From NCBI GenBank assembly GCA_964608585.1, contig CAZSOL010000001.1, positions 15,990 to 73,665 on the forward strand: DNA of 57,676 nucleotides. The letters run 5' to 3'. Below are positions 57,057-57,676 of the stretch, one piece after another (position 1 is the first letter of the stretch; each line of letters opens with the position of its first letter). Source of the stretch: an uncultured Candidatus Saccharibacteria bacterium (GTDB lineage: Bacteria; Patescibacteriota; Minisyncoccia; Phycocordibacterales; Zambryskibacteraceae). The notes under the pieces were generated by a model. It did not search any database. It had not been told where the DNA came from and worked only from the letters and a program-made list of their open reading frames with translations. The position numbers and the translations under genes were made by a program.

Positions 57057-57497
57057 ATGCTAAAAATGAGGCTTCAGAGAGTAGGTAGGAAGCACGACAA
57101 CGCCTTTCGCGTTGTTTTGACCGAGTCAGAGAACTCATCTAAGTCAGGTCGCTTCAAGGAGATCCTTGGTTCTTATGATCCTCGTAAGACCGTAGACCTT
57201 CTTAAGACCGATAGGATTAAGTATTGGCTAGAGAAGGGGGCTATACCTACTGGCACTGTCCACAACCTATTTGTTACCCACAGGATTCTTGATTCCAAGA
57301 AGATGAACGTCCTACCCAAGAAGCACCCAATTGTTAAGGAGGAGGTTGTAGCTGAGGAAGCTCCTGCTACCACCGAGGCTCCAGCCGTTGAAGCCACTCC
57401 TATAGCCGAGACTCCTGCACCAGAAGCACCTGCGATAAGCGAAGTTGAACCCGTGGTAGAATCTACTGAGGCTCCCGCCGAGACCAAGGCGGAGTAG
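57057..57497 (+). CDS. rpsP: 30S ribosomal protein bS16 with an acidic Pro/Glu/Ala-rich C-terminal extension
   Basis: MLKMRLQRVGRKHDNAFRVVLTES...GSYDPRK is the canonical S16 start. The tail from about residue 87 reads KEEVVAEEAPATTEAPAVEATPIAETPAPEAPA... Confidence 0.9.
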   Translation: MLKMRLQRVGRKHDNAFRVVLTESENSSKSGRFKEILGSYDPRKTVDLLKTDRIKYWLEKGAIPTGTVHNLFVTHRILDSKKMNVLPKKHPIVKEEVVAEEAPATTEAPAVEATPIAETPAPEAPAISEVEPVVESTEAPAETKAE

Positions 57498-57533
57498 TCT
57501 GCTCACTGTTATTTCCGATAACTCCGAAAGTAT

Positions 57534-57676
57534 ATGCTAGATGACATACAGTTTCTTGAATTTTTGATAAAGGCGTTGGTAGACCATCCAGATGATGTGA
57601 AGATCAAGAGGACAGTAGACGAGATGGGTGTCCTTATGACTCTTGATGTAAACCCAGAAGATATGGGCAAGGTGAT
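57534..57676 (+). CDS. KH-domain RNA-binding protein (KhpA/YlqC-like); the 3' end is outside the window
   Basis: MLDDIQFLEFLIKALVDHPDDVKIKRTVDEMGVLMTLDVNPEDMGKV. This is the UPF0109 pattern, in the conserved position after rpsP. Confidence 0.7.
   Translation, partial: MLDDIQFLEFLIKALVDHPDDVKIKRTVDEMGVLMTLDVNPEDMGKV

Noticed and set aside
1-57676. A search by eye for CRISPR arrays, rRNA, tmRNA, RNase P RNA (GAGGAAAGUCC), transposase or integrase genes, reverse transcriptase/DGR repeats, and a parS-like TGTTTCACGTGAAACA near parB.
   Set aside because: I found none. Repeats are limited to the tRNA-Tyr half duplication, the 24-nt tandem repeat, the tRNA-Leu paralogues and short promoter motifs. 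A computational scan (minced, Infernal, ISEScan) is still advisable.

Overview
A 57.7-kb chromosomal segment from a compact, low-GC bacterium using the standard genetic code. Hand counts of typical 60-nt lines give about 45% GC. Gene content and architecture look like Patescibacteria/CPR, possibly Saccharibacteria-like; this is an inference. Supporting traits are a 497-aa IF-2, a 4-domain S1, a gamma-only DnaX, a 729-aa hinge-less SMC, tandem VirB2/TrbC-like mini-pilins, type IV pseudopilins and several catalytically degenerate enzyme homologues. I call about 75 protein genes. The housekeeping set includes ftsZ/ftsA, gyrA, topA, clpB, infB, serS, smc, rnr, rpsA/U/P, rpmG, pth, lepB, miaA, dprA, parB and dnaX. 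There are 9 tRNAs plus one tRNA fragment and 3 promoter-and-terminator-bounded candidate small RNAs. I saw no rRNA, CRISPR array, transposase or integrase. Seven things are most worth a second look. (1) An operon of a SAM-methyltransferase, an orphan solute-binding protein and six tandem pilin-like 2-TM paralogues. (2) A GIY-YIG nuclease ORF bracketed by a duplicated 5' half of tRNA-Tyr. (3) Three GC-rich (about 55-65%) genes for exported proteins sitting behind native-type promoters, suggesting transfer from a high-GC donor. (4) Three structured small RNAs around dus, one SRP-like and one with a C/D-box-like K-turn motif. (5) A pervasive pattern of a -10 box 6-8 nt upstream of the ATG with no Shine-Dalgarno, suggesting leaderless mRNAs. 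(6) A pseudopilin cassette splitting a tRNA cluster. (7) A glycosyltransferase followed by a Cys/Pro-rich micropeptide. Every functional call rests on motif recognition by eye; no database search was run.
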